NCBI RefSeq assembly: GCF_018350175.1
Contig: NC_058368.1
Span: 22,260,001 to 22,324,000 of the forward strand
Reading direction: 5' to 3'
DNA from: Felis catus
Lineage: Eukaryota
Length of the DNA: 64,000 nucleotides
Shown: in pieces, positions 49,916 through 62,049 of the stretch
Layout: the number at the start of each line of letters is the position of its first letter
Numbering within the stretch: the first letter of the stretch is position 1
Position numbers and translations under genes: made by a program
Notes under the pieces: model-generated
What the model saw: only the letters and a program-made list of their open reading frames with translations
Databases searched by the model: none
Told to the model about the DNA's origin: nothing

Positions 49916-51318
49916 TCAAATTAATTCTTAAATCAAGTCATTAGAATAAGTTTTTGTTGCTGTTTTTTATCCCCCAGAGTAAAAAATAAGTTATTGCTGA
50001 TTACATTTAAAACTGCAAAACTACATAGTTGCTTTGGGTTGCCCTTTTTTACTAAAAATATTAATATATAAATACTACACAGTTACAGTTCAAACCATAT
50101 ACTTTGAAAACTACTTCATACTTATATTTTAGTAGTACAAAATTCTACTTTATTCTTTAATTATATTTAAGTCTGATACTGAACACAACAAAACAAACTG
50201 AACCTAAAATAAACCAGCAGAAAACACATTACTAGTTGCAGTCCAGGAATAATGATTAACTCATTTCTCTATGAAGTAATCATTTCACTCTAGCAAGTAA
50301 AGAATCTTATCCTGAGGCAGAAATGTTACATGGTTAATTTTTTTAAGACAATTCATGAATACCATATTTAGTATCTAAAATACTGGTGTGAAACAACATT
50401 CAACAATGAACACATTAAGTCCCATTATATAAACATAGTAAATATAAATTTAGAACTACAATATTTACAGCACCACTTCAGTTGCTATTCCTATCTACGG
50501 ACAGGAATATTCCTGTCTAAACCCCTAAAACCTTGCATGCTTACTAATGCAAATGTTTGTTTACCTCTTTAGTTTCAACAATACTTTTGAAAGAACTATT
50601 GGAAAAAAATATCGAAAGTACTAAAAGATTAACTACAAACCCTTATTAAATGCAGTGAGGGGGTATTCTGTTCCAATAAAGAAGCCAAGTCTGTTACAGA
50701 TTGTACCATTAAATGAACATCTGGTAGAAGAGAAGCTGTATCTGAACAACTGTAGATACACCCAGCAGCTCCTTAATAATCTATATGACCTAAGCAAAAT
50801 CTACCTCAAATCACAGAGCTATTAATCATTTTTAGGGGCATATTACCTATTCCAAAACCTAAAAGAGGAAACAATTCTATTCACCAATTGTCTTAAGAAA
50901 TTTGAGAAGCCCTCACCTCCATTTCTTAAAAAGTGCCATCAATGATTTAATAAAGGCGATATTTCATCTACTTCAAGTTTAATTCTTATTTTTTTATTAG
51001 CATACATTCACATTTAAGAGGGCTTTTTTTTTTTGATGAAACTGCAAATTTGAGCTTAAATTCTTAAAATGCAACGGGCTGCTGACGTGCTACACATTCT
51101 CTTTATAAAGAGCTTCCAAGCTTTCACAATGGCTTCCAAATAATCTGATGCCAATATTCAGATTTTAGCGGTAAAAAGAAAACCTAGTGAAATAAAGGCG
51201 CTGGAAAATAATATTCTGTGGAGTGCAAAATCATTCTATCTCCAAACAGAGTCTAATCTTTTTCTAACTACATGGCCACAATTTAAAATATTTGCACTGC
51301 GATACATTTGGCATCTAT

Positions 51319-51323
<5 letters not shown>

Positions 51324-51361
<38 letters not shown>
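51324..51361. repeat. (AC)19 microsatellite
   Basis: Direct reading of the sequence. Confidence 0.98.
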
Positions 51362-51363
<2 letters not shown>

Positions 51364-51440
51364 CATGACTTCAGATTAATGCAATGCTTTCTATGTTTAA
51401 AATGAAAGAAGAATGTTCAAAAACAGTCAGCAAATCTTAC

Positions 51441-51447
51441 CACTCAT
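51441..51447 (-). CDS. FNDC3A: Coding part of an alternative first exon of FNDC3A (Met-Ser-G|), short isoform
   Basis: Minus strand reads ctgtaaaaacaaaATG AGT G|gtaagat: A at -3 and a strong donor. The phase-1 end joins the exon at 47021 (G+GT=Gly) to give MSGPAQVPMM, which matches my recollection of the short human isoform. There is no upstream ATG for about 140 nt. Confidence 0.85.
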
Positions 51448-51725
51448 TTTGTTTTTACAGTAGCAGCAGAGAACAAGAAAATCCAACAAGGAAACAGCGT
51501 AGTACACGTTAACAGCTTTAATTGGAGAACGGTTCTGCTTTTTTTTTTCCCCCAAGCAGCGAGAGGAAAAGATCCTTTGACCGAGTCATGTGATACTCAT
51601 CACGTGACTTGCAGTGACCCGCGGAAAGGGAAGAGGAAGAAAAAAAAAAAAAAGCAAACATTCCTGCCGCCAGCGTTTGGGCTATAGTAAATGATTAAAT
51701 GGTTTTTACTGCTGCCACCTCGAAT
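51448..51725 (-). promoter_or_regulatory. FNDC3A: 5' UTR and internal promoter of the short FNDC3A isoform
   Basis: About 11 CpGs in ~230 bp against a CpG-depleted background. Paired E-boxes TCATGTGA and TCACGTGAC at 51584-51609, and an HNF1-like GTAAATGATTAAA at 51687-51699. Lies directly upstream of the ATG exon. The transcription start site cannot be determined from sequence. Confidence 0.7.
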
Positions 51726-51815
51726 TTGAGGATCTTTCAGACTTCCTCCTGAAGTAACTCAAAAGCTCATTAAAATACACATACAGAAATACATATCTGA
51801 TGTAAAACAGTACTC

Positions 51816-51886
51816 TGTTTTCATTTATCTCCTGTTAACATCACAGGCATTTGTTTTCATTTATCTCCTGTAACATCACAGGCATT
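51816..51886. repeat. Tandem duplication of a 36/35-bp unit
   Basis: tgttttcatttatctcctgt(t)aacatcacaggcatt occurs twice. Confidence 0.95.
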
Positions 51887-54397
51887 ATCTTCTAATTGTT
51901 TTTATTATCCAGACCGCTACCTCCATTTAGAAAGTTTAAGGTACATATAACATTTAGTAATTTAGCAGGTTTGCTCTGAAATGTCCTTCTGTAACTTGAT
52001 CCACTCTCCATGCTCAACCCTTAAAGAATGCCCACAGCACACAATGGTCTATAGAATATAGGCTTGATCAATGTGTTCCTCAAACATGGGATTCATGTTT
52101 CAGATTGGCATTTGCCTCTCAAGTTAATAAAGGGTATCACTTTAAGTGTTGGTTTCATTTTATTTCTGATTTTGTTTTGTTGTTTGTATGTTTATTTTAA
52201 GACTTAACCTGGACATTAATACAGATGCCTGGTGGATGGCATTGTCACTCATGTTGATGAAATCTTCAAAGACAGGCCATGATTCAGGCTCAGAACACCC
52301 TACCCAAGCTCCCATAGAGACCAAAGATGTTGTTACAAGAGAGGAGAAGACTGTAAGAACTTTTGGAGGTCTTTTCATTACTTACGGTACTATGTAAGCT
52401 AAGGAAATGTGTTAATAGTTAATATAAATGTGTAAGTAATGATAATGATTGCGATTTGTTTACAAGTTGCCCAGTGGAAAGAAAATATATTTTGGTAACA
52501 GAAGATTTAAGTTTTAATAAAAGCTTCAATATTTTTTAGCAAGGCAATTTATTGCTCTTCTAGTCTGTTTCCTTCCGTAAAAAGGTTAAAATTATCAACC
52601 TTGTAGCACTGTTGTGAGATTCAAATTAGGTGTATTTAAAGTACTGAGTACTTCTTTCTCATAACGATTTCTCTTTCCTCAACAAATGATAGCTATTATT
52701 TGTTTGTTATATTATTGTAAATAAAAGTATGATTACTACATGTTTTCAAAAACAATTATATATTGCAGAGTATGTGCCAGGTATCATTCAGAGTGTTTTA
52801 CATGTGTTAACTCAATCCTCATAATAACTGAAGTAGGCATCATTTATAGGTATGGAAACTGAAGCAGAATGCAGTTAAGTATCTTGCCAAGGGCACACAA
52901 TGAGGCAAAGTCAGGGTTATCTAATAAGAAGGCTATATTTAAAAAAATTATGTACACCACATTCAAAGCCTCCTCTCCCAAGAAGATGGAAAAGAACTAG
53001 CAAGGGGTTATTGGAGAAACAGGTTTCAATAAATACATGCCAGGGACTCCAGAGGAGATAAGATACTAACAGACTATTCTCAAAAGTGGCAAAGAGTAGT
53101 TGTTAATTTCAAAGTTCCTACTAAAAGGAAAGGCCGCCTTGAAGAACTAGGCCTGAGAGTAGAGAGTCCTGGTCTCAACAGAATCTGCTTGTAAATTAGC
53201 CTCTCAGCAAATCTAACCATACCTCTGATTTTCAGTCCTTAAACAAAAGGCAAGCCCCTCAGCCCACTTCCTCATTTTTGCTCATGTTCTCACACAGCTA
53301 TGTTTCCACTTCTTGACTTTTTCTTTGATTGATGATCTTTTCAGGTCTTTCCACTGTGTTCATTTGAACCTTCCCTCCCCCCCCCCATTATAAGTAAATT
53401 CCCCTTTATTCTCAACAATTTCACAGAACACCTATTAATGTGTTTCTTTGAAATGAAACCTGGCTCCCCCCAGGACAGCTTTGCCAGCAGTCCCTGGGAG
53501 TAGAGGCTTCCTATTCTCTCCTGAGGCAGTCTCCAGATACTCCAAGGCTGCTTCCCATTACCACTGTTGTTCCAGTTTCAGGCTCAAGTTTCTTCTTCCT
53601 TGAGATCATGTCATATAAATATAGGACATGAAGTTCTACCGCTTCTCCTTGCTGTTCTCATTTATTGAGAACTATGGCAGCACGATGTTCACAGTTTTTT
53701 CCCTTCTATCCTACTCTAGCCCATCAGCACAATGACTTTAATGTCCAAAAATCTTAGCCTCAAATTTTCATGAACTCTTCCATTCTGTTTTTAGTAACCC
53801 ATCTTCAAAGATACATCTTGGAACTTATCACTTAAAATTCTACAATCTCATCTTTGAAATCCCAACTTTCATGTTTCAGTATCTGGCCACCACATCTATC
53901 TTTCATCTCTCCAGTTTTCTCTTTGTTCTACAATATTTGTTCTTTCTCATAATGATTTCCCTTTCCTCCTGATTGAACACTATCTTCATTGCCTGATTTC
54001 CTTTCCCATCGATGTCTTTCTTTTACATCCCCTCCCTCCAAATCCCTAATTTTAATGAAATAATTAACTTCTCTTAGATCTGAACTGTAGAAATCAAATG
54101 ACATTCAGACTGTCATGTTTATAAACATAGTTATCTCCAACCTTAACTTAGCCATCAGCATCGCTCAGGAATCCTTTTAGGAATTTATCCCTGGTTAATC
54201 ACCTATCCTGTTTTTTAGAGTGATTATCAGAGATCTCCACCACCCTTTAAGGACTTCCCCCAACCTCACCTCAACCATGTATGTCAACATGAAATTGAAC
54301 TATTTCAATGTTACTTATAAACTTTTCTCACCTCTTTCTTCTATTTTCAGCAGAATCACTGTCCCTTCACGATGTCGAAGTTACCACTCCACTTCCA

Positions 54398-55862
54398 TTT
54401 TTTTTTAATTTAAAAGTTTTTAATGTTTATTTATTTTTGAGAGAGAGAGAGAGGGACAGAGAGAGAGCATGAGTGGAGTAGAGGCAGAGAGAGGGAGACA
54501 CAGAATCCAAAGCAGGCTCCAGGCTCTGAGCTGTCAGCACAGAGCCCCATGTGGGGCTTGAACTCATGAACTGGGAGATCATGACCTGAGCTGAAGTCGG
54601 ATGCTTAACCGACTGAGCCACCCAGGCGCCCCATCCACTGCTATTCTGGATCTAATTTCCATTCCATACTCCACTAGCTCTTTGCTGTACTGGTTATTTC
54701 TGTCCCGTTCAGTATTTTCAACTGTCTTCATTATTTCTAATGCTTCTAACAAGACTTAGCTCTCCATCTTAATTATTCTCAACTATCCGCACAGTTGCCA
54801 TAAAGTTTTAATGCCTAGGATTGATTAGTGGCATGGTCCATACTTTCAAGAACTTTACAGTTATAATAAGGACAATGCAAGATATACATATTTTATGTGT
54901 CCTAAATACCTTGTTAATTCATGAATGCGCACCAAACAATTTTCCTAGAGGAATAAACCAACAGGATGCATCAAGAACACTACAATTACAGGAATGCATT
55001 ATGCAGTGATGACCATATTCTTCATTTTCCCTTTCTTAGCTGATTATATGACAATTCCAGCAAATTTAAAATGCACCTTTTATTTTCAAAACACTCTCCA
55101 ACATTTTGCAGACGGTTCTCTTAAATCAATAGTATGACATGTCACAGCAATTGTTTGTACTTTTTGATAACGTTTTAACACATTAACTATTAGCATTCTT
55201 GTAGGGTTGTCAATACAAGCACTAGGTGACACGTGGATGACTTTGTTTATAAGCACTTATTAGGTACCAGGCACTGGTCTAAGTGCTTTACAGATATTAA
55301 CTCATTTAATCTGCATAATATCCATCTGATATGGAATAACTATTATTTCCATTTTATAGGTAAGGAAACTAAGATACAAAGAGATTAAGTAGCTTGCATG
55401 TATAGGATTTTTCTAACTGTTCTCAAACCTCCACAGACCTGACTTACACATTACACAAGAGGCTTTGAACACTAACAAAGCAAATCCCAAATATCTTCTT
55501 CCTTTTACTGCTTTTCCCTCTTGACTTTTTTTTCTATTGTTTTTCAAAATATTGCTTTTTATATTTTTCACTGATTTATATGCACAGTTTAGTTTGATTC
55601 TGGTCAGTGTTTCTGAATTTGCAGAATTTTTTAATTTTTTAATTAAAAAAAATTTTTTTTTAATGTTTATTTATTTTTGAGACAGAGAGACAGAGCATTA
55701 ACAGGGGAGGGTCAGAGAGAGAGGGAGACACAGAATCCGAAGCAGGTTCCAGGCTCTGAATTGTCAGCGCAGAGCCCGACGCGGGGCTTGAACTCACGGA
55801 CTGCGAGATCATGACCTGAGCTGAAGTTGGACGCTTAACCGACTGAGCCACCCAGGCGCCCC
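54398..55862 (-). mobile_element. CAN-SINEs 54398-54632 and 55628-55862, with a MIR fragment at ~55245-55400 between them
   Basis: Heads and tails present; MIR core ccattttataggtaaggaaactaag. Confidence 0.88.
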
Positions 55863-57357
55863 AACAGTGAATTACTTAATAGCCAAACCTGTTCCAAAAG
55901 TAATTTAAGGAGATTTAAGAGAAACAAAAACAAAAGCTAAAAACAAAAAACAAAAAACAAAACCCACTCAAAATAACAAAACAAAATTCAAAACAAAATA
56001 GCTGACAAACTGAAGAAAAGGGAAAATTTAGAAAAAAATAATATAAATAGGGAGTGAAGCTGGTCTTATGTCTTCCCTAGAGCTGGGCCATAAAATCTCT
56101 TTGGTTTGTATGAACTGAAATATGATTAAAATTAAGACACCAAGAACCACATTGTCAAGCTAGTTAATGCAGATAAAGCATGTCTCATACTGCCATAGAG
56201 CACAGCAATGATTTGGCTTGAAAAAACTAAAGTAGGTATAACCCCATGCTGACTTCTCTCATATATAAAATTCAGTAATGCATCAATAAATGTCTAACTT
56301 TAAACAATGTACCCTCAAAAATGGTTGCAAAATAAACAGCTAAGATAGCAAGACAGCTGAATCAGCGGACTTGCAGAAAGGGATTGCTAGTTATAAGGCA
56401 AATTAAAGTTGACTTTCATTTTATGAAATTTTTTCTGCCAACAAATAACCAAGATCAGGTGCTTATTAAGGCTGCTTTTAGACTGTAATATGTCTGGGTC
56501 ATTGCATGTTAGAAAACTTAAGAGCTAGACTCATTCAACCCAGTGGTTTCAAATCATTAAGACATTAATTTAAGAGTGGGGATGTGAGATATATCTCATT
56601 CTACTCTACGAATATATATCTAATCCTTCAAAAGACTGACTCTGACCATGACAGTAATCCTGATTCTTGTGGTAGTATTAAGGTACAGGTTCTCAATGAA
56701 CATCTAAATAATGTGTTAAACTCATGCAGCTTAGATTATAACTGATGCATGTCCATGCAGACAAGGAAACTAGGAAAGGTCAATGATATCTGCAACTAAT
56801 CAGGTCCTCTAGAGGAGGAGTCTCTTGCTCAGCAGTAACTGACAGTGACATATGCAAATAATCTCAGGAAGATAAGGGGGGCAAAGAATTAGAACCTGTA
56901 ACTTTACTCTTGGGCACAAGTCAAACTTTCTTTTAAATCTCTCTTATTTGCTTGTCCATATTTTTCCTCTTTCCCCTTTTAGGGGCCTTAGTCACCTTGC
57001 AGATCTGGCCACACAGTAGCATTTTCTTTCTCTAATAATTTCCCTCTTTATTTATATTAAATTAAGGTATCAATTTAATAAAAGTTTTACTTTACACAGT
57101 TCATGCCAATGGTAAGCAAATGTGAGGATCATCCAAAAACCAGGTATGTTTTGGATTGACTAGGGTTGAGGGCAGCTGGATGAAGTTAGGAGGCGAGATA
57201 TTAGACAAAGATTGATCAATAGAACAGAGATATCTATAGCTATATTTATGTTCTAATACAGTATTTCCCAAGTAGTTTGATTTATGTGCCAGTAAAATTT
57301 TAAAACAAATTCTGGGGACTCATTAAGGTAATTAGCTTTTAAAATTTTTAATTTTTA

Positions 57358-57644
57358 GGGCGACTGGGTGGCTCAGTTGGTTAAGTGTTCGATTTCAGCT
57401 CAGGTCATGATCTCTCCATTCCCGAGTTCGAGTCCCCGCATCAGCCTCTGTGCTGACAGCTCAGAGCCTGGAGGCTGTTTCAGATTCTGTCTCCCTCTCT
57501 CTCTCTCTTCCCCTTCCTCACTTGCACTCTGTCTCTCTCTCTCCCAAAAATAAACATTAAAAAATTTTTTAAAAATAAAATTTTTAATTTTTTATATTTT
57601 TACATTTGAGAGAGACAATAAGCGAGGAGGGGGCAGAGAAAGAG

Positions 57645-57691
<47 letters not shown>

Positions 57692-57805
57692 CTTAAGCAG
57701 GCTCCACGCTCAGCACAGAGCCCTACACGGAGCTCAAAGTCACTACATGACCTGAGCCAAAATTAAGAGTTGGATGCTTAACTGACCAAGCCACCCAGGT
57801 GCCCC
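57358..57805. mobile_element. Tail-to-tail inverted CAN-SINE pair: 57358-57575 (+) and 57581-57805 (-)
   Basis: A (CT)n/A-tail copy abuts a T-tail/(GA)n copy. Confidence 0.9.
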
Positions 57806-58132
57806 AGTAATCAGCTTTTTATTAAACCAAATTATGACCTTAAAAGGAAAGAAGAAAGAAATTAAGAACAGAAGGAAGTCTATTCTATATTACCACATCA
57901 TTCATAAAGAAAGTATGTTTTAACCTCAAAACTCAAGGGATTTAACTTCAATAAATTTAGTTTAATGAAAAACCACTATATTATCCTTATTTTTCCCATT
58001 TCTCAGACTGGTGAAATTTCCCCAAATCTATGGACAAGGATTTGGGAATAACTCTTAATAGTAAGAGAGATAAGGATTTGTTTTCGAGGCTGGCTAAGTT
58101 ATGGTAATGCAAGAGGGAGAATACAGTAGAGG

Positions 58133-59720
58133 TAGGATAACCGTATTATCATCATCCAAATGAGGACACTTCTGAAAGTGAAAGAGGGGCCTAAAAATTA
58201 TTAAAATTATGTAGCTCTTTATTGATTGACAAATTGCTTTTATTACACTGAAGGGCATGAAAAGCTCTATTAAAATGTTAAAAAATAAAATGCTTAATTA
58301 AAAACATGCAAGTACATTAAAGAATATTTTACAGACTTCTTTATATTGAATATCTGGATATTAAAATAGTGTTAGAACAGTTATTTTTAGTACATATCCA
58401 TGTAGTTTAGTAAATCTGTTAGCTATATGTGTCTCTAATTCCATATCCCTGGTCTTTAACAGAAAAATTTTTTTTCAGTATAGTCTCATTTTTAATTTTT
58501 TCATAAAACTGCCTGCAAGTATTATATTTTATAGTTAATAACTTTGAAACTGTTGACACATTTAATTGACTCTTTTCCATAATATTTTAATTTAAGACTA
58601 CAATATTTATATTCTGGGAATACTCTTGATTCTTAGGTGCCATCTGGTAAGATCTGAGCAAATTCTGCTAAATAGATGCTATTCATAATTCTATTTTTTT
58701 CTTATTGAAATGTGTAAATATCTCAGTCCAATTATTTTCACTGGACCACAATTACCTCCAAATTTCAACAAAACTCATTGAATTGCCTCCATTTATTGTT
58801 CTTTTAAATATTTAACCAAATTTAGATTTTTTTTTTTAGCTCACTGTTGCTGAAAGGGTTTACTTCAAAATAAAAAAAAAAGCACTGCCAATAATAAGTA
58901 GTTATAGATTTATACAATAAATGACAAAACCATTCAGACTTTTTTCCATATATATATATTCAGTGGCAGGGAGATTTAGATTTTATTTCCTGCACGTACT
59001 TTACATTCATCTAACCTATACACTTCCCAATGGTTACCTCATGACGCCAAGTGGCCAGTAGGGGCAGCAGCATCACATACTTCTTCAGCAGCCACCACTA
59101 TGAGGAGACTGAAAGGAGTCAGCTGACCCTAGCCCTCTAGATTTAAGTACTTTGCTTTACTTCTAAGTACCTTAACTGCTGTCCTTGACTTGCTTCTGGT
59201 AAGGGTTAGAAAAAAAGAAACAATTTACTCTAGTTGCCTTTAAGATTTAATCATAGGTTAAAGTGAAAACAAGAGATGGATATACTGCTTACTAGAGGGG
59301 GTCACGGCAGAAGCCAGAAATACAAAATGGTAGGTGACCAGATGCATTACAGATTTTTTTTAAGTTTATTTTTATTTATTTTGAGAGAGAGAGAGGGAGA
59401 AAGAGGCAGAAGGGGAGGGGCAGAGACAGGGAGAGAGAATTCCAAGCAGGCTCTGTGCTGTCAGCACAGAGCCTGATGTGGGGCTCGAACTCATGAACAC
59501 TGTGAGATCATGACCTGAGCAGAAACCAGAAGTCATACTCTTAACCGACTGAGCCACCCAGGGATCCCGCATTACAGTTTATTTTAATGAAACACTAAAT
59601 TATACTCTGTTAAACAATGAAAACCCTGGAGCAAATGTTGAGCTGGTTGGACACCAAGATGAGAGTTATATATATACTGGAACTGTCCTAGACGAACTGG
59701 GACCAAATAAAATCACCCTA
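58133..59720. mobile_element. hAT-Blackjack-like DNA transposon relic with a nested CAN-SINE (59355-59568, -)
   Basis: Ends taggataacc...atccaaatgaggacacttctgaaagtgaaagagggg and ...actgtcctagacgaactgggacc...tcacccta resemble MER81/MER94/BLACKJACK termini; minus-strand LAEFAQILP remnant near 58645-58672 resembles the hAT dimerisation domain; SINE TSD gcattacag. Confidence 0.65.
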
Positions 59721-62049
59721 TTAATAGTAGATGCTTATTTGATAAGTCTACAAAACACTTGGCAACATTCACTCACTTGAGGCAGGCAATTAGCACAGGC
59801 CTTGAGTCCAGGAATTTAATAAGTTGGTGATTATAATTTGGGAACAGTAATGCTGAGAGTTACAGAAGAAAAAGAAAAGATTAAGGTCATTATTCACTGT
59901 TTAGATGTTTAAGGGCTTTTTCCTTGAAAATACATTATTCTTTTTCAAGGTTAGATAAAATGGATTGCTTAAATTAGGGGTCTGAGTATGATCCAGAATT
60001 ATGGGTAATTTCATATATCTGTGTACAGCTAATTAAAAATTTATATAATTAGATTTGCTAGTAAGCATTTAGATTTATCAGTGATAAGCACACTAAGTAG
60101 AAAAAAGTTTGAAGGACTATCATATCGTGGGTACAATTTAGTTAGCACTAAATTGAACTGTATATAGATAAAAAACTTGAAGTAGGAGATGTATTTGTCA
60201 AGTACCTGTTTCTAAAGAAGTTATTTTTAATGTTCTTGTTTAGAAAGCAACAAAGGCTGTGATATTAACATGCATGGATGCAGCAGGTTGTGAACACTAC
60301 TATTTTTAGTATCAGTCTAATGTGAACAATGATGAATCATTCTTTGTTATTCTAGTAGGAAATAGTGCTTGAGATTTTACTGCAGCACATTAGATTAACT
60401 ATCTCTCAGTAACTGCACACCCACATGCTGACATCACACTGGCAGTGATATGGATCAGTGACGCAAATCCTGTCAGGATCAAACATTAAGGCCACAGAGG
60501 TTGAAAAAAAAGTGCCTACATAACAGGGCAGACCAGTCATTCAACATGCACAGACTGCATTAAATCACTACTGCTAATGTTAAAAAGGGTTATGATATTC
60601 TTTTTACATAATAGCTGAGCTTTATACTTTTAATTACAGATTTCCCACATAACCCACTCTATATATTTATCTTTAAATTTCCTTACATCTTCTGTGCTTT
60701 AAGGTCTAGATCTTTTAAAACCTGTCTTAAGGTTCTACCAGCCACTGCGTTATCCGGAAAATGGCTTCTGTAGCCACACTGTAGACAGATCTTTTGAAGA
60801 ATATGCCACATTTATTTTTTTATATAAAATGCTGTGCCTGACAAATAACATTTACATTGAGATTTGGAGCACTACATTCCATGGCCTCACAATTCATAGC
60901 TACCTCAGAGTCTTTTTTCCACTACCATTTTCTTCTTTGGGCTTTCCCTATTTTTAGTTTTATTGACATGAAAATACTGATTTTTTTTATAGTTACAGAT
61001 GGATTGGAGAAGATGGTTTACCACGAGTAACTATATGGAAGTTTTCAAAATATCTTCGCCCTGAATTAACCCTCTTAGAATTAGAGATCTTCGCTTCCCT
61101 AACAGAACAGAACCTATCTCTGGAGGCTTGCCACAGAATGTTCACATTCTCCTTGTAGGGTCTTCTGAGAACAAATTAGGTGTCTACACTTAAACATTAA
61201 CATTCCTTTCCTCAAAGACTATCACTTCCCAGGAGAACTGGAAAGCTGATGGGAGATGAGAGCTGACGGTAAATTTAACAACCTTTTTGTTCTATCATCA
61301 TTAATCTGACATAATCAGACTAACTTGAAAATATGCCAAGGATCCTTTCCCATGCTCTCAGGCATTTACTTTCATGTTATTTCCTATGAGAAATTGTTTT
61401 TAAAAAAAGAGAGGAAAAGTAAGGGCTCTCCTTCATTCTAAGGTGGTGGTGGTTGTTGTTTTTTTAAAACTAGTAATCATCTGAAAGAAACATTTGGAAG
61501 ACATAAAAATTACTGAGATAGTTGTGTTTCTGGTTCTTTTTGAAGGGTAATCTTTAAATCTAGATTTTTCACAGTAGGAACCAAATGCTATTTCACAATT
61601 GAAAACATTGTTATACTTTTCCACTACACATGAACTTTCATCAGGAGAAGGCTGGACTATAAGCTCTTATTTTTCTGTCATGATTTATGTATTCTGATCA
61701 TTTGCCGTTGGCCACTATTATATCCTCCTCATCCCATCCTTCTCAGGGCAAGTCCTTACCAGCTAACATGATCTTAAATGGAAAAAAGGAGATTAAAAAC
61801 TCACTGTGTTGATGGCTTGCTAAAGACTATGAAGGGAAGAAAAACCTCCCACAAAAGGAAAGACACAGATAGAGGCTTCATATCCCTTTCATTCTCTTCA
61901 AACATTACCAGACTGGGAAATACAGAGTAGATCATTTATGATGAGATTAAGGTGAGAAAGGGAGGAGGCGTGGCTCTTCCCAGGCTCTTTGCTTGTGGCC
62001 ATAAAACACTTTGGAAATATTTAGATTGCAAGTTTGAGATTCCTTTTCA

